The notes beneath the pieces were generated by a model, which was not told where the DNA came from, did not search any database, and worked only from the letters and a program-made list of their open reading frames with translations. A program made the translations under genes and the position numbers. This document shows positions 25,426 through 34,139 of a stretch of DNA of 39,664 nt, one piece after another. Source of the stretch: Candidatus Collierbacteria bacterium (GTDB lineage: Bacteria > Patescibacteriota > Microgenomatia > UBA1400 > MFAQ01); the NCBI GenBank assembly GCA_903873735.1, contig CAIQPO010000094.1:1-39664 (forward strand), in the 5' to 3' direction. Position 1 is the stretch's first letter. The number at the start of each line of letters is the position of its first letter.

Positions 25426-26528
25426 AAATTAAATCCGCCAAGATTTATCACATAGTGCTACCGATGAAGTTTGCTTTTGTGACTGGTTTTGGGGAGATAA
25501 AGGAAAGAGATGCGGTGCTCGTACGGCTTGAGACCAGTGATGGGGTTGTCTGTTGGGGAGAGAGTGCAGCCTTGGCGGCACCGCTTTATCTGGAGGAGAC
25601 GGTCCAGACTTGTATTCACATACTTAAAGATTTTTTATTGCCGAGGCTAAAGGAAAGAGATATTTCTCCGGAAGAATTTGCCCAAGAGATTGGTTTTATT
25701 AGAGGTAATAACTTAGCAAAACATGGAGTAGAGACTGCACTTTGGTCGATTAAATCAGAGATGGAGGGAAAATCTGTATCTCATCTGCTTGGAGGGGTGA
25801 GAGAGGGGGTACCGGTGGGTGAGAGTGTGGGGATGACTGAGACTGTGGAGCAACTGCTTGCTATTGTGCAAAAAAGGCTGGATGAGGGATATCAGAGGAT
25901 TAAGCTGAAGATCAAGCCAGGACATGACTTTGATTATGTGAAGTCGGTAAGGGATGCATTCCCTAAGATACAAATCATGGTGGATGGCAACTCGTCGTAT
26001 AAGCTGTCGCAGATTGATGATTTGAAGAGATTGGACGAGCTGGATTTGCTTATGATGGAACAGCCACTTGGGTATGACGATATTGTGGATCACGCTAAAC
26101 TTCAAAAAGAAATTAGAACACCAATCTGTTTGGATGAAAGTATCATCCACGCTGAAGATGCTAGAAAGGCCATTGAACTAGGCGCTTGTAAGGTAATCAA
26201 CGTTAAACCCGGGAGAGTGGGAGGGTTGGTGGAGTCAAAAAAGATTAATGAGCTGGCGAAGAAACATGGGATTAGACTGTGGTGTGGAGGCATGCTGGAG
26301 ACAGGAATTGGAAAGGCTTACAACCTGGCAGTGGCCTCCTTGTCGGAGTTTTCGTTGCCTGCCGACATTGTGCCTACAACTACCTTTTTTAATGAAGATG
26401 TGACTGTGCCAGATTTGGTGGTAAGCAACAAGGGAGAGATTGAGGTTCCTAAGACTGCAGGATTAGGATTTGAGGTACGCGAGGATAAGGTACAGAAGTA
26501 TTTGAGGGGTGAATGGACAGTGTTTTAA
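25422..26528 (+). CDS. Enolase-superfamily MLE-subgroup enzyme, o-succinylbenzoate synthase / N-acylamino-acid racemase family
   Basis: All catalytic positions are visible: KxK (RIKLKIKPG), metal ligands D (MVDGNSSY), E (MMEQPL) and D (CLDESI), and the second-face Lys (INVKPGRVGG). Confidence 0.85.
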   Translation: MKIKSAKIYHIVLPMKFAFVTGFGEIKERDAVLVRLETSDGVVCWGESAALAAPLYLEETVQTCIHILKDFLLPRLKERDISPEEFAQEIGFIRGNNLAKHGVETALWSIKSEMEGKSVSHLLGGVREGVPVGESVGMTETVEQLLAIVQKRLDEGYQRIKLKIKPGHDFDYVKSVRDAFPKIQIMVDGNSSYKLSQIDDLKRLDELDLLMMEQPLGYDDIVDHAKLQKEIRTPICLDESIIHAEDARKAIELGACKVINVKPGRVGGLVESKKINELAKKHGIRLWCGGMLETGIGKAYNLAVASLSEFSLPADIVPTTTFFNEDVTVPDLVVSNKGEIEVPKTAGLGFEVREDKVQKYLRGEWTVF

Positions 26529-26640
26529 GGTTGTGATATATTGTCTGTAATGGTGAACGTTTTATCTTTTAGCTTCTTTTTTAGCTTCCCTAACCGGGGA
26601 GGCTCTAGGCTGTAGCTAAAAGTAAACACAAGCCAGAGGA

Positions 26641-26662
26641 CCTCCCTAGGGGAGGTTTTTTT
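26641..26662 (+). terminator. Intrinsic terminator after the four-gene cassette
   Basis: CCTCCC-TAG-GGGAGG followed by T7. Confidence 0.8.
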
Positions 26663-26674
26663 GTTATCAATTTT

Positions 26675-26917
26675 ATGAAAAAAATGGAAAAAAGAACGCA
26701 AGAAGCAGTAGGGGTATTAGAAAAAATTGGTTGGGAGATGATGGTAGTAGATGATGGGGGGGTGAGAATGGCGGAAGAAGGTGAGGTGGGGGTTGTGGCT
26801 CAACTGGCTGGAGCTGGTAGAGATTTAGGAGCTTCGTGGCAAGAAATTGAGGTAGCCCTGGAGAAGATAGGGATAAAACTAAGAGAGGTAAAAAAAGAGG
26901 AAGGATCTGTGATCTGA
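26675..26917 (+). CDS. Hypothetical small acidic protein (80 aa)
   Basis: ORF with host-typical composition, between a terminator and the RSH gene. No motif recognised. Confidence 0.4.
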   Translation: MKKMEKRTQEAVGVLEKIGWEMMVVDDGGVRMAEEGEVGVVAQLAGAGRDLGASWQEIEVALEKIGIKLREVKKEEGSVI

Positions 26918-26959
26918 CTTGAAGACTGTGCCACCTAGGGGATAGAATTAGGCCAATCG

Positions 26960-28777
26960 ATGGCAGCGGTAAAAGAAATTAGGCCTAGAATTGATTTTGA
27001 ATCAAACCCAGTGGTTTTTGCGGAAGCAAGTAATGATAGGGTGGAGTCGGCACTATTTGTGGCAGCTCAAATACATGAAGGAGACAGAAGAAAGATTAGT
27101 AAGGAGCCGTATCTACATCACTGCGTTGCGGTGGCGAGTATTTTAGAAAGCTGGGGGGCTGATGAAGATTTAGTGGTAGCGGGATTGCTTCATGATACCG
27201 TGGAAGATCATCCTGATTTAATAGATTTTGAGGATGTGGAGAGGCTCTTTGGGAAGCGTGTAGCAGCACTCGTCTGGGGAGTAACAAAATTTAAGTCGAG
27301 AGAGGGAAAAGAAAGTGATTTTGAAACCTTAAGAAAAGTAACCAAAGAAAGCTTGATTGATTATGGGGTGGCAATTATTAAGCTGGCTGATAGGCTTCAC
27401 AACATGATGACTTTGGAGGGAATGCCAGAGCTGAAGAGAATAGCTAAGGCAAAGGAGACGTTGGCTGTTTATACACCACTGGCGGAGTCGTTTGGTTTGT
27501 GGCAGATAAAAAATGCCTTAGCTGATTTGTCGTTTATGAATTTGGAGGAGAAAAGATACTGGAGATATAGAAGGGTGATTGATGAGGACCCGAGATTGGG
27601 ACGGGAGTTTATTGAAAATATGGAGATGGGACTTGCAAGAATTCTGCGGGATGGAGGGGTAACAGCTGTGGTGGAGCATCAGGTTGGTGGATATTGGGAG
27701 ATGGTGGATAAACAGAGGAGAGCTGGGATGTCGGGTGAAGTGCGTCCTGGGAGTTTTTATCAGATAGCTGACTTAGTGAGTTTTAGAGTGATTGTTGATG
27801 GTGATGATTTGGCTACGTGTTATCGGGCAATGGGAGTGGTGCGACAGGCTCTTTCTGGCCAACTGGACGTGTATCAGCATGATGATTATCTGATTTCTCC
27901 CAGCGTGAATGGGTATAGTGCAATACATGATACATACAGACTTAGAGAGGGTTGGGTGGAGGTGGCGTTTACTACCAGGAAAAAGGAAAATTTTAATAAC
28001 TGGGGGGTGATGGCGTTGCCCAAAGAAGAGATTGCACGTCAGCCGGAACTATACTTAAGAAAACTAGTGTTTACGCCTAAAGAGGAATTGATTTTCATGG
28101 ATCCACAGGCTAAGGGAATAGATGTGGCCTACAAGTTGAATCCGCTTTTAGGGCTAAGGGCAAGGACGATGAGGATTGACGGTGAGGAATGTGGTTTGGA
28201 GGTGGTGGTGCCTAATTCAGCGGTGGTGGAAATACTAACGGATCAGAGAAGAAGAGTGCCTAATAGAGAGTGGCTGAGGAGCTGCAATGAGGAAACAAGG
28301 GAGGCAATTGAAAGACAGATAGCGTGGTCTGAGAGAATGACAGAAATTGATACCGGAAAGGAGCGTTTGAGAGAAATAGTATTAAAAGGAAGGGGTTTGT
28401 TGGAGCTTACGGATTTAGGTGAGGAAGTAGTGGATAAATTACTTATGGATTTGGGTTGTTGGGGGGGTGTGGATGATTTGTATTTTAAAGTGGCTTATGG
28501 AATGGACTTGGGAATGGTGGAGAAAAAACTTGATATGTTGGGGGTAGTTAGGGGGAAGTTTGTATCGGTGGAGATTAGGGGTGAGAATCAGGTGGGAGTG
28601 TCAGTGGAGATTGCGTCAGTGGTAACAGATTTGGGAGGGGATGTGAGAAATAAAAATGAGAGAGTGGACTATGAAGAAAGATTTGTGGTGAGGATGCTTC
28701 TGAGGCTGTCTGGAGATAAAAAAGGCGAACTGGAAAAAAGATTGAGAGAAAAGTATAGTCAGGTGGTGGTAGTGTAA
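26960..28777 (+). CDS. RelA/SpoT homolog (long RSH) with intact HD hydrolase, degenerate synthetase, TGS and C-terminal regulatory domains
   Basis: HD domain: RKISKEPYLHH, LLHDTVED, KLADRLHNMMTL. Synthetase-like region: ADLVSFRVIV, DDYLISPSVNGYSAIHDT, VEVAFTT. TGS domain: VFTPKEELIFMDPQAKGIDVAYKLN...RIDGEE...VVEILT. Confidence 0.85.
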   Translation: MAAVKEIRPRIDFESNPVVFAEASNDRVESALFVAAQIHEGDRRKISKEPYLHHCVAVASILESWGADEDLVVAGLLHDTVEDHPDLIDFEDVERLFGKRVAALVWGVTKFKSREGKESDFETLRKVTKESLIDYGVAIIKLADRLHNMMTLEGMPELKRIAKAKETLAVYTPLAESFGLWQIKNALADLSFMNLEEKRYWRYRRVIDEDPRLGREFIENMEMGLARILRDGGVTAVVEHQVGGYWEMVDKQRRAGMSGEVRPGSFYQIADLVSFRVIVDGDDLATCYRAMGVVRQALSGQLDVYQHDDYLISPSVNGYSAIHDTYRLREGWVEVAFTTRKKENFNNWGVMALPKEEIARQPELYLRKLVFTPKEELIFMDPQAKGIDVAYKLNPLLGLRARTMRIDGEECGLEVVVPNSAVVEILTDQRRRVPNREWLRSCNEETREAIERQIAWSERMTEIDTGKERLREIVLKGRGLLELTDLGEEVVDKLLMDLGCWGGVDDLYFKVAYGMDLGMVEKKLDMLGVVRGKFVSVEIRGENQVGVSVEIASVVTDLGGDVRNKNERVDYEERFVVRMLLRLSGDKKGELEKRLREKYSQVVVV

Positions 28778-28836
28778 AGAATTATTAGTAAAATTAAACT
28801 ATAGATACTTTAATCAAGACACTGGGAGAGGAAAGG

Positions 28837-29838
28837 GTGAAGGCAGATGTGCCACTCGGTTTGCACACTACTTTGGGAATTGGAGGGAAGGCAGATTTGT
28901 TTTATGAAGCAAGAGATAGTTTGGAGCTCGTTAAGGCGGTGAGACTTTCTAAGAGTTTGGGAATTCCTGTAACAATAATTGGCGGTGGAAGTAATATATT
29001 GGTCGGTGATAAAGGTGTCAGGGGACTGGTGGTAAAGAATGTTGGTGGAGTAATTAAAATTGGGAAGGACAAAGAGCCAATCGGAGCACTTCCTGAAGAG
29101 GTGGGAGCGAGATGGCAGGCTGACTCAACAGTGGGAAGTTTTAAATATGATTTTGCTGATTTGGATTATGATGAGTGGGACGAGAAACGAGTGGAGGTGG
29201 TAGTTGATTCGGGTGTGCCACTATCGGTACTGATGATGAGTATGGCTGACGCGGGAGTTACTGGATTGCAATGGTATTCAAGGATTCCGGGGACAGTGGG
29301 CGGGGCAATTTTTAATAATATTCACGGAGGGACTCATACGATAGGTGAGGTGGTAGAAGGTGTGAAGCTCATTGACAGAAATGGGGAAATTCGAGAAATA
29401 TCAAGTGAGGCTTTGGGTATGGGTTATGATGTGTCTCGATTCCACAATTCCGGTGAGATCATTTTAGAGGTAAAGTTTAACCTGTTTAGGGGTGATGTAG
29501 ATAAAAGTAGATGGGTGATTGGAGAGTGGGCTAAAAGAAAATCAATTCAGCCTGGTAGATCTGCTGGATGTGTATTCAAAAATATTGCCGATGCCGATAA
29601 GGAGAGACTGGGTCTGCCGACTGGTTCGGTGGGTTATTTGGTTGAACATGTTTTGAAGTTGAGTGGATTTCGGGTGGGGGACGCTGCCGTGTCTGATGCC
29701 CATAAAAACTTTATAGTAAATGTGGGATCAGCGACTGCCTCTGACTTTGTGGGGGTAAGGAATGAGATTGTGATGAGGGCGAAGGAAAAGTGCGGTATTG
29801 ACTTAGAGTCAGAGATTATTTTGATGGGAGAGTTTTAG
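28837..29838 (+). CDS. murB: UDP-N-acetylenolpyruvoylglucosamine reductase
   Basis: HTTLGIGGKADLF, IGGGSNILV, GTVGGAIFNNIHGG, and SAGCVFKN motifs. GTG start. Confidence 0.9.
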   Translation: MKADVPLGLHTTLGIGGKADLFYEARDSLELVKAVRLSKSLGIPVTIIGGGSNILVGDKGVRGLVVKNVGGVIKIGKDKEPIGALPEEVGARWQADSTVGSFKYDFADLDYDEWDEKRVEVVVDSGVPLSVLMMSMADAGVTGLQWYSRIPGTVGGAIFNNIHGGTHTIGEVVEGVKLIDRNGEIREISSEALGMGYDVSRFHNSGEIILEVKFNLFRGDVDKSRWVIGEWAKRKSIQPGRSAGCVFKNIADADKERLGLPTGSVGYLVEHVLKLSGFRVGDAAVSDAHKNFIVNVGSATASDFVGVRNEIVMRAKEKCGIDLESEIILMGEF

Positions 29839-30938
29839 ATAATTTCTCTTTCAACCCTCTCTGAAATTGAAGTGAAAATTTCGTATGGGGTGGTGCCAAG
29901 TATTTGACTGATTGAGTAAATTGAGCTGGGGCTGGTAGTATCATCGCTGATAAGACAGACAGGTTGGTAGAGTTTTGGAACTGGAGATGTTTGGGATATA
30001 TCAAGGGAAATCTGATCCATTGAAACTCGTCCAATTACCGGGCAAAGATGTTTTCCAATAAGAGCGTGTGGCCAAGGATTTGGTCCTCGGCGTAAACCAT
30101 CAGCATACCCTCCAGCAATGGTGGCACACAACAAATCTTTCTTGGCTTTATATGTGAGGTTGTAGCCAATACTTTCCCCTGACTTGAGGGTGTGGATTCT
30201 GGAAATTTCGGTGGTAAGAGACATGGTTGGCATAAGCCCGAAGTCGATGCCATCTTCTTGGAAAGGATTGATACCGTGAAGAGCTAATCCTGGGCGAACC
30301 ATGTCCAGATGTGTCTCCGGGTGTTTGAGAATAGCAGCTGAATTTGCTGCATGAAGGACTACATGTGGGTAGATGGATTTAACTTGTTGGGTAAGTTTTG
30401 AAAAGAGATCAAATTGGATGTGGGTGTAATTTGAGTTGATCATGTCCGCGTCGGCAAAGTGGGTAAATATTCCAACTAGATTTATATGACCTTGTTTTGG
30501 AAGAAGAGATAATATTTCTTGAAATTCTTGAGCGGTGGCGCCGGTTCGGTGCATGCCAGTATCAACCTTAATGTGAATATTGGCCTTGGTTTGGATTTTT
30601 GAGGCGATGTTGTTTAGAGAGAGAAGGTCTTTTGGATTGGTGATGGTGAGAGAAATATTTTCCTTAATGGCTTGAGGAAAAAGGTGGGGGTTTATTGGGC
30701 TTAAGATGAGAATTTCAGGAGAAGCTGAAATTTGGCGAAGATTAAGAGCCTCGTTTAGTCTGGCGACACCAAAATGACTAATACCTTCTTTGAGGTAGAA
30801 ATCACAGAGGTGGCGGGCTCCATGTCCGTAGGCGTTGGCCTTGAGGATAGCCATAATGCGTGTGTTTGGCTTTAGATGTTTGCGAACGATATTTAAGTTG
30901 TGGTGGAGGCGGGATGATGAAATAGTAGCCTTGATCAT
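29835..30938 (-). CDS. alr: Alanine racemase
   Basis: AILKANAYGHG (PLP lysine), IHIKVDTGMHRTG, GYADG, and RVSMDQ. Its stop codon overlaps the murB stop (TTAG). Confidence 0.92.
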   Translation of the reverse strand: MIKATISSSRLHHNLNIVRKHLKPNTRIMAILKANAYGHGARHLCDFYLKEGISHFGVARLNEALNLRQISASPEILILSPINPHLFPQAIKENISLTITNPKDLLSLNNIASKIQTKANIHIKVDTGMHRTGATAQEFQEILSLLPKQGHINLVGIFTHFADADMINSNYTHIQFDLFSKLTQQVKSIYPHVVLHAANSAAILKHPETHLDMVRPGLALHGINPFQEDGIDFGLMPTMSLTTEISRIHTLKSGESIGYNLTYKAKKDLLCATIAGGYADGLRRGPNPWPHALIGKHLCPVIGRVSMDQISLDISQTSPVPKLYQPVCLISDDTTSPSSIYSISQILGTTPYEIFTSISERVEREII

Positions 30939-30983
30939 AAGGAGTAAAAATATTGATAACGGGCTAGGTTATAATTATAAGAT

Positions 30984-32444
30984 ATGGTGTTGACAAAAGT
31001 ACTTTTTGGTTTTGGTTTTGAGGTGGATAGTGAGCTTGAGATTACTGGAATCCAGGCTGACTCAAGAAAGATAAAGAGGGGAAATATCTTTGTGGCGTAT
31101 AAGGGAGTGGAGGTAGATGGACATGATTTCATTGATCAAGCAATTGAAAAGGGAGCGGTGGCGATAGTGGGAGAGGCTGCAGGATTGAGGTTTTCGGTAC
31201 CTTATTTTCGAGTTGATAATGGTAGGTTAGCATGGGCTAGGATGATTTCAAATTGGTATGGTAATCCGGAGAAGCTGATGAAGTTTATTGGTGTGACGGG
31301 TACTGATGGAAAGACTACCACCTGTAATTTGATTTACCATTTTTTGAAGGCAGATGGCAAGAAGGTGGGTATGGTGTCAACGGTGTTTGCCTTGGTAGAT
31401 GGAGAAATGATGGAAACTGGGCTACATACTAGTTCACCTGACCCTGATGATTTGTGGAAGATATTAGCGATTATGGCAAGTAAGCGATGTGAGTATGTGG
31501 TGCTTGAGACAACTTCACATGGTTTGGATCAAGACAGATTTGGAAATATTGAGTTTGAGGTGGGAGTGCTGACGAATTTGGCGAGTGATCATTTGGAGTA
31601 TCACAAGACAATAGATGAGTATGCTAAAGCCAAGGCAAAACTAATGAATAAGTCACGGATATCAGTAATTAATAAGCAAGTAGAGAAACTAAGCTTATTT
31701 GTAAGGTCGGCTTTGGATAGAGTAGTGTATTACGATCGAAAAAGTGAGGTAAGAAAGGAAAAATACATTGATACTGGAGAGAAAGTAGTACAGAGTTTTG
31801 AAGTGATGATTTACGGAGATTGGTATGAGCTGAAGTCAGATCTACTGGGTGACTATAATCAAGAAAATATCCTGGCAGCAATGAGAACAGCATTGAGTTT
31901 GGGGGTAGATATCAGAGTAATTAGAGAATCATTGGTGGTGCTTCCACAGCTACCTGGCAGGTTTGAGATGATAAAGAACAAAAGAGGTATGAAAGTAGTA
32001 GTGGATTTTGCGCATACAGAACAGGGAATGAGGGGAGTGTTGACAATGATAAGAGAAAAATTGATGCAGGAAGGTGAACAGATGGTGGTGTGTTTTGGAT
32101 GTAATGGAGAGAGGGATAGAAGTAAGAGAGCGCCGATGGGGAGAGTGGCTTGTGGCTTGGCTGACAGAGTGGTGGTGACTTCAGAAGATCCAAGAAATGA
32201 ACCGGTAGAACAGATTTTTAAGGATATTTATAAAGGCTGTTTGATGGGTGGGGGTGAACTGGGAAAGAATGTATACAGAGAAGATGATAGAAAAAAAGCA
32301 CTCCAGATTAGTATCAGGAAATTGGCAAAGAAGGGAGATTGGGTAGTGTTTTTGGGTAAGGGACATGAAAAAAGCATGAATATCGGAGGGGTGGAGAAAC
32401 CTTGGGACGAAAAGGGAGAAGTGGAGAAGATATTAAATAGATAA
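30984..32444 (+). CDS. murE: UDP-N-acetylmuramoyl-L-alanyl-D-glutamate--2,6-diaminopimelate ligase (probably DAP-type)
   Basis: GVTGTDGKTTT P-loop, a Mur ligase central domain, and TSEDPRNE in place of the DNPR motif with Arg retained. Confidence 0.88.
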   Translation: MVLTKVLFGFGFEVDSELEITGIQADSRKIKRGNIFVAYKGVEVDGHDFIDQAIEKGAVAIVGEAAGLRFSVPYFRVDNGRLAWARMISNWYGNPEKLMKFIGVTGTDGKTTTCNLIYHFLKADGKKVGMVSTVFALVDGEMMETGLHTSSPDPDDLWKILAIMASKRCEYVVLETTSHGLDQDRFGNIEFEVGVLTNLASDHLEYHKTIDEYAKAKAKLMNKSRISVINKQVEKLSLFVRSALDRVVYYDRKSEVRKEKYIDTGEKVVQSFEVMIYGDWYELKSDLLGDYNQENILAAMRTALSLGVDIRVIRESLVVLPQLPGRFEMIKNKRGMKVVVDFAHTEQGMRGVLTMIREKLMQEGEQMVVCFGCNGERDRSKRAPMGRVACGLADRVVVTSEDPRNEPVEQIFKDIYKGCLMGGGELGKNVYREDDRKKALQISIRKLAKKGDWVVFLGKGHEKSMNIGGVEKPWDEKGEVEKILNR

Positions 32445-32463
32445 GGGGAGTAAAATCAGAGTC

Positions 32464-33795
32464 ATGCAAGAAGTAATTAGAGTAACTGGAGGAGTAAAAC
32501 TTAGAGGTGAGGTAAGGCCAATACCAAATAAGAATTCGATTGTGGCAGCTTTGCCTGCGGCTTTGCTTTCAGAAATGCCGGTAGTTTTTAAAGAAACACC
32601 GAACACGAGTGACGTGGCAAAGATTTTGGAGCTGATGCGTTTAATGGGGGCTGAAGTAGAGGCTGATGGTAAGGGCGAAGTGAAGGTTTGCTGTAAGAAT
32701 CTTAATACTTATAAAGTGGATGAAAAGATTGGTGGTCAGTTTAGGGGATCGCTAATGTTTGTTGGTCCACTTCTTGCCCGTTTTGGTAAGGCAGAAGTGC
32801 CGATGCCTGGAGGGTGCGAACTGGGAATGAGGTCGATTGAAGCTCACGTGGATGTGTTTGAGAAGGTGGGGGTAAAGGTGGAGAGGGTAGGAGCAATGGT
32901 GAGGTTTACTGCTCCAAGGAAACTTGAAAAAAGGTATAAAGTGTGGCAGATTGAAGCCTCGGTGACCGCGACTGAAAATTTTGCAATATATGCTGCTGGA
33001 GTAGAGGCTGAGTTTGAACTAATAGATGCTGCTTCGGAGCCTCATGTGACAGATGTGCTGAACTTATTGTCGGACATGGGTGCAAAGATTTCAGGTGTTG
33101 GTTCTAACCATCTGATTATTGGCGGAGTGAAGAAGCACAAACAGGCAATATTTACTCCAAGACCTGATTTTATTGATATTTGTGGATTGATTGTGGCAGC
33201 GGCAGTAACTGATGGAAAGATAAAAATTTTGGGGGCAAATATTCCTGATATTGTGGATGGACTTATCAATTGGTATGAGATGTTTAATGTGAAGATTGAT
33301 AGGATAGGAAAAGACCTGGTGGTATCGGTAGGTAAGGGTGGTCTGGAAGTGGATGTGCGAAAGCAAGGATTCCCTTTGGCTGGAGCAAATTTACCCAAGC
33401 TTTACCCTAGACCATGGCCAGGGTTTCCGGTGGATGCAATACCCCCAATGGCGGTGCTTGCCAGCAAATCTAGAGGAAGATTGCTACTCATGAACTGGAT
33501 GTATGAGAGTGGTTTGGATTTCGTGAGGGAGATGAACCAGATGGGAGCGGATATTTTGATGATGGACCCGGCGAAAATTATCATTAATGGACCGGTGAAG
33601 TTTAAGGGTGGAAACGTGACTACGCCAAGTGTAATTCAAGCGTGTAAGGCAATTTTCTTGGCAGCCTTAGCGGATAAGGCGGTAACAACAATTGCTGGCG
33701 TAGAAATACTGAAGAGAAGATATCCAAGTGTGATTGAAACATATACAAAACTTGGCGCAAAGATTGAAGAGGTGATATCATCTGGGAAATTATGA
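32464..33795 (+). CDS. murA: UDP-N-acetylglucosamine 1-carboxyvinyltransferase
   Basis: PNKNSIVAALPAA, catalytic Cys loop PGGCELGMRSI, and the inside-out alpha/beta barrel repeat pattern. Confidence 0.92.
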   Translation: MQEVIRVTGGVKLRGEVRPIPNKNSIVAALPAALLSEMPVVFKETPNTSDVAKILELMRLMGAEVEADGKGEVKVCCKNLNTYKVDEKIGGQFRGSLMFVGPLLARFGKAEVPMPGGCELGMRSIEAHVDVFEKVGVKVERVGAMVRFTAPRKLEKRYKVWQIEASVTATENFAIYAAGVEAEFELIDAASEPHVTDVLNLLSDMGAKISGVGSNHLIIGGVKKHKQAIFTPRPDFIDICGLIVAAAVTDGKIKILGANIPDIVDGLINWYEMFNVKIDRIGKDLVVSVGKGGLEVDVRKQGFPLAGANLPKLYPRPWPGFPVDAIPPMAVLASKSRGRLLLMNWMYESGLDFVREMNQMGADILMMDPAKIIINGPVKFKGGNVTTPSVIQACKAIFLAALADKAVTTIAGVEILKRRYPSVIETYTKLGAKIEEVISSGKL

Positions 33796-34124
33796 TTGAA
33801 GCCCCAAATTGGTGTAGAGGATGCGAAACAAATTGTTGTGATCATTTTGTGTTGTCTAATTGGCCTAAGTGGAAGATTGATGAGCTGAAGGAAAAATATC
33901 CATTTTTGTCGGTATATGAACAGTGGGTGGGTGAGAACGAGAGGGGTGATGAAGAAACGGCTTGGGTGATGGAGTGCGCAAGACTTATGGAAGATGGTGC
34001 TTGTAGGGATTATCCTGATGATAGGCCATATTTTTGTGATTGGGCGGGAGTAAGATATCCTCCAGTGACCGGCTGTAAACTGTTTGAAAAGAAGGTGAAA
34101 AATAATCCTGACAGATGTGAGTAG
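33792..34124 (+). CDS. Cys-rich YkgJ/UPF0153-like putative zinc- or iron-chelating protein
   Basis: N-terminal CRGCETNCC (CxxCxxxCC) plus three further Cys. Start overlaps the murA stop by ATGA. Confidence 0.6.
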   Translation: MIEAPNWCRGCETNCCDHFVLSNWPKWKIDELKEKYPFLSVYEQWVGENERGDEETAWVMECARLMEDGACRDYPDDRPYFCDWAGVRYPPVTGCKLFEKKVKNNPDRCE

Positions 34125-34139
34125 CTAGGGTAGGGTAAA

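Noticed and set aside
25422-26528. Calling the enolase-superfamily gene menC, together with the BioH/MenH-like hydrolase at 37280-38023 as menH (menaquinone pathway).
   Set aside because: The two genes are 11 kb apart on opposite strands in unrelated operons. No menB/D/E/F/A genes are present in the window. The immediate neighbours (GNAT-like protein, aminotransferase, decarboxylase) fit the N-acylamino-acid racemase context better. The call is left at family level.
32160-32220. The MurE EDPR motif, instead of DNPR, as evidence for a non-DAP cross-bridge amino acid.
   Set aside because: The Arg of the DAP-recognition motif is retained and only Asn becomes Asp. That is insufficient to infer altered specificity from sequence alone.
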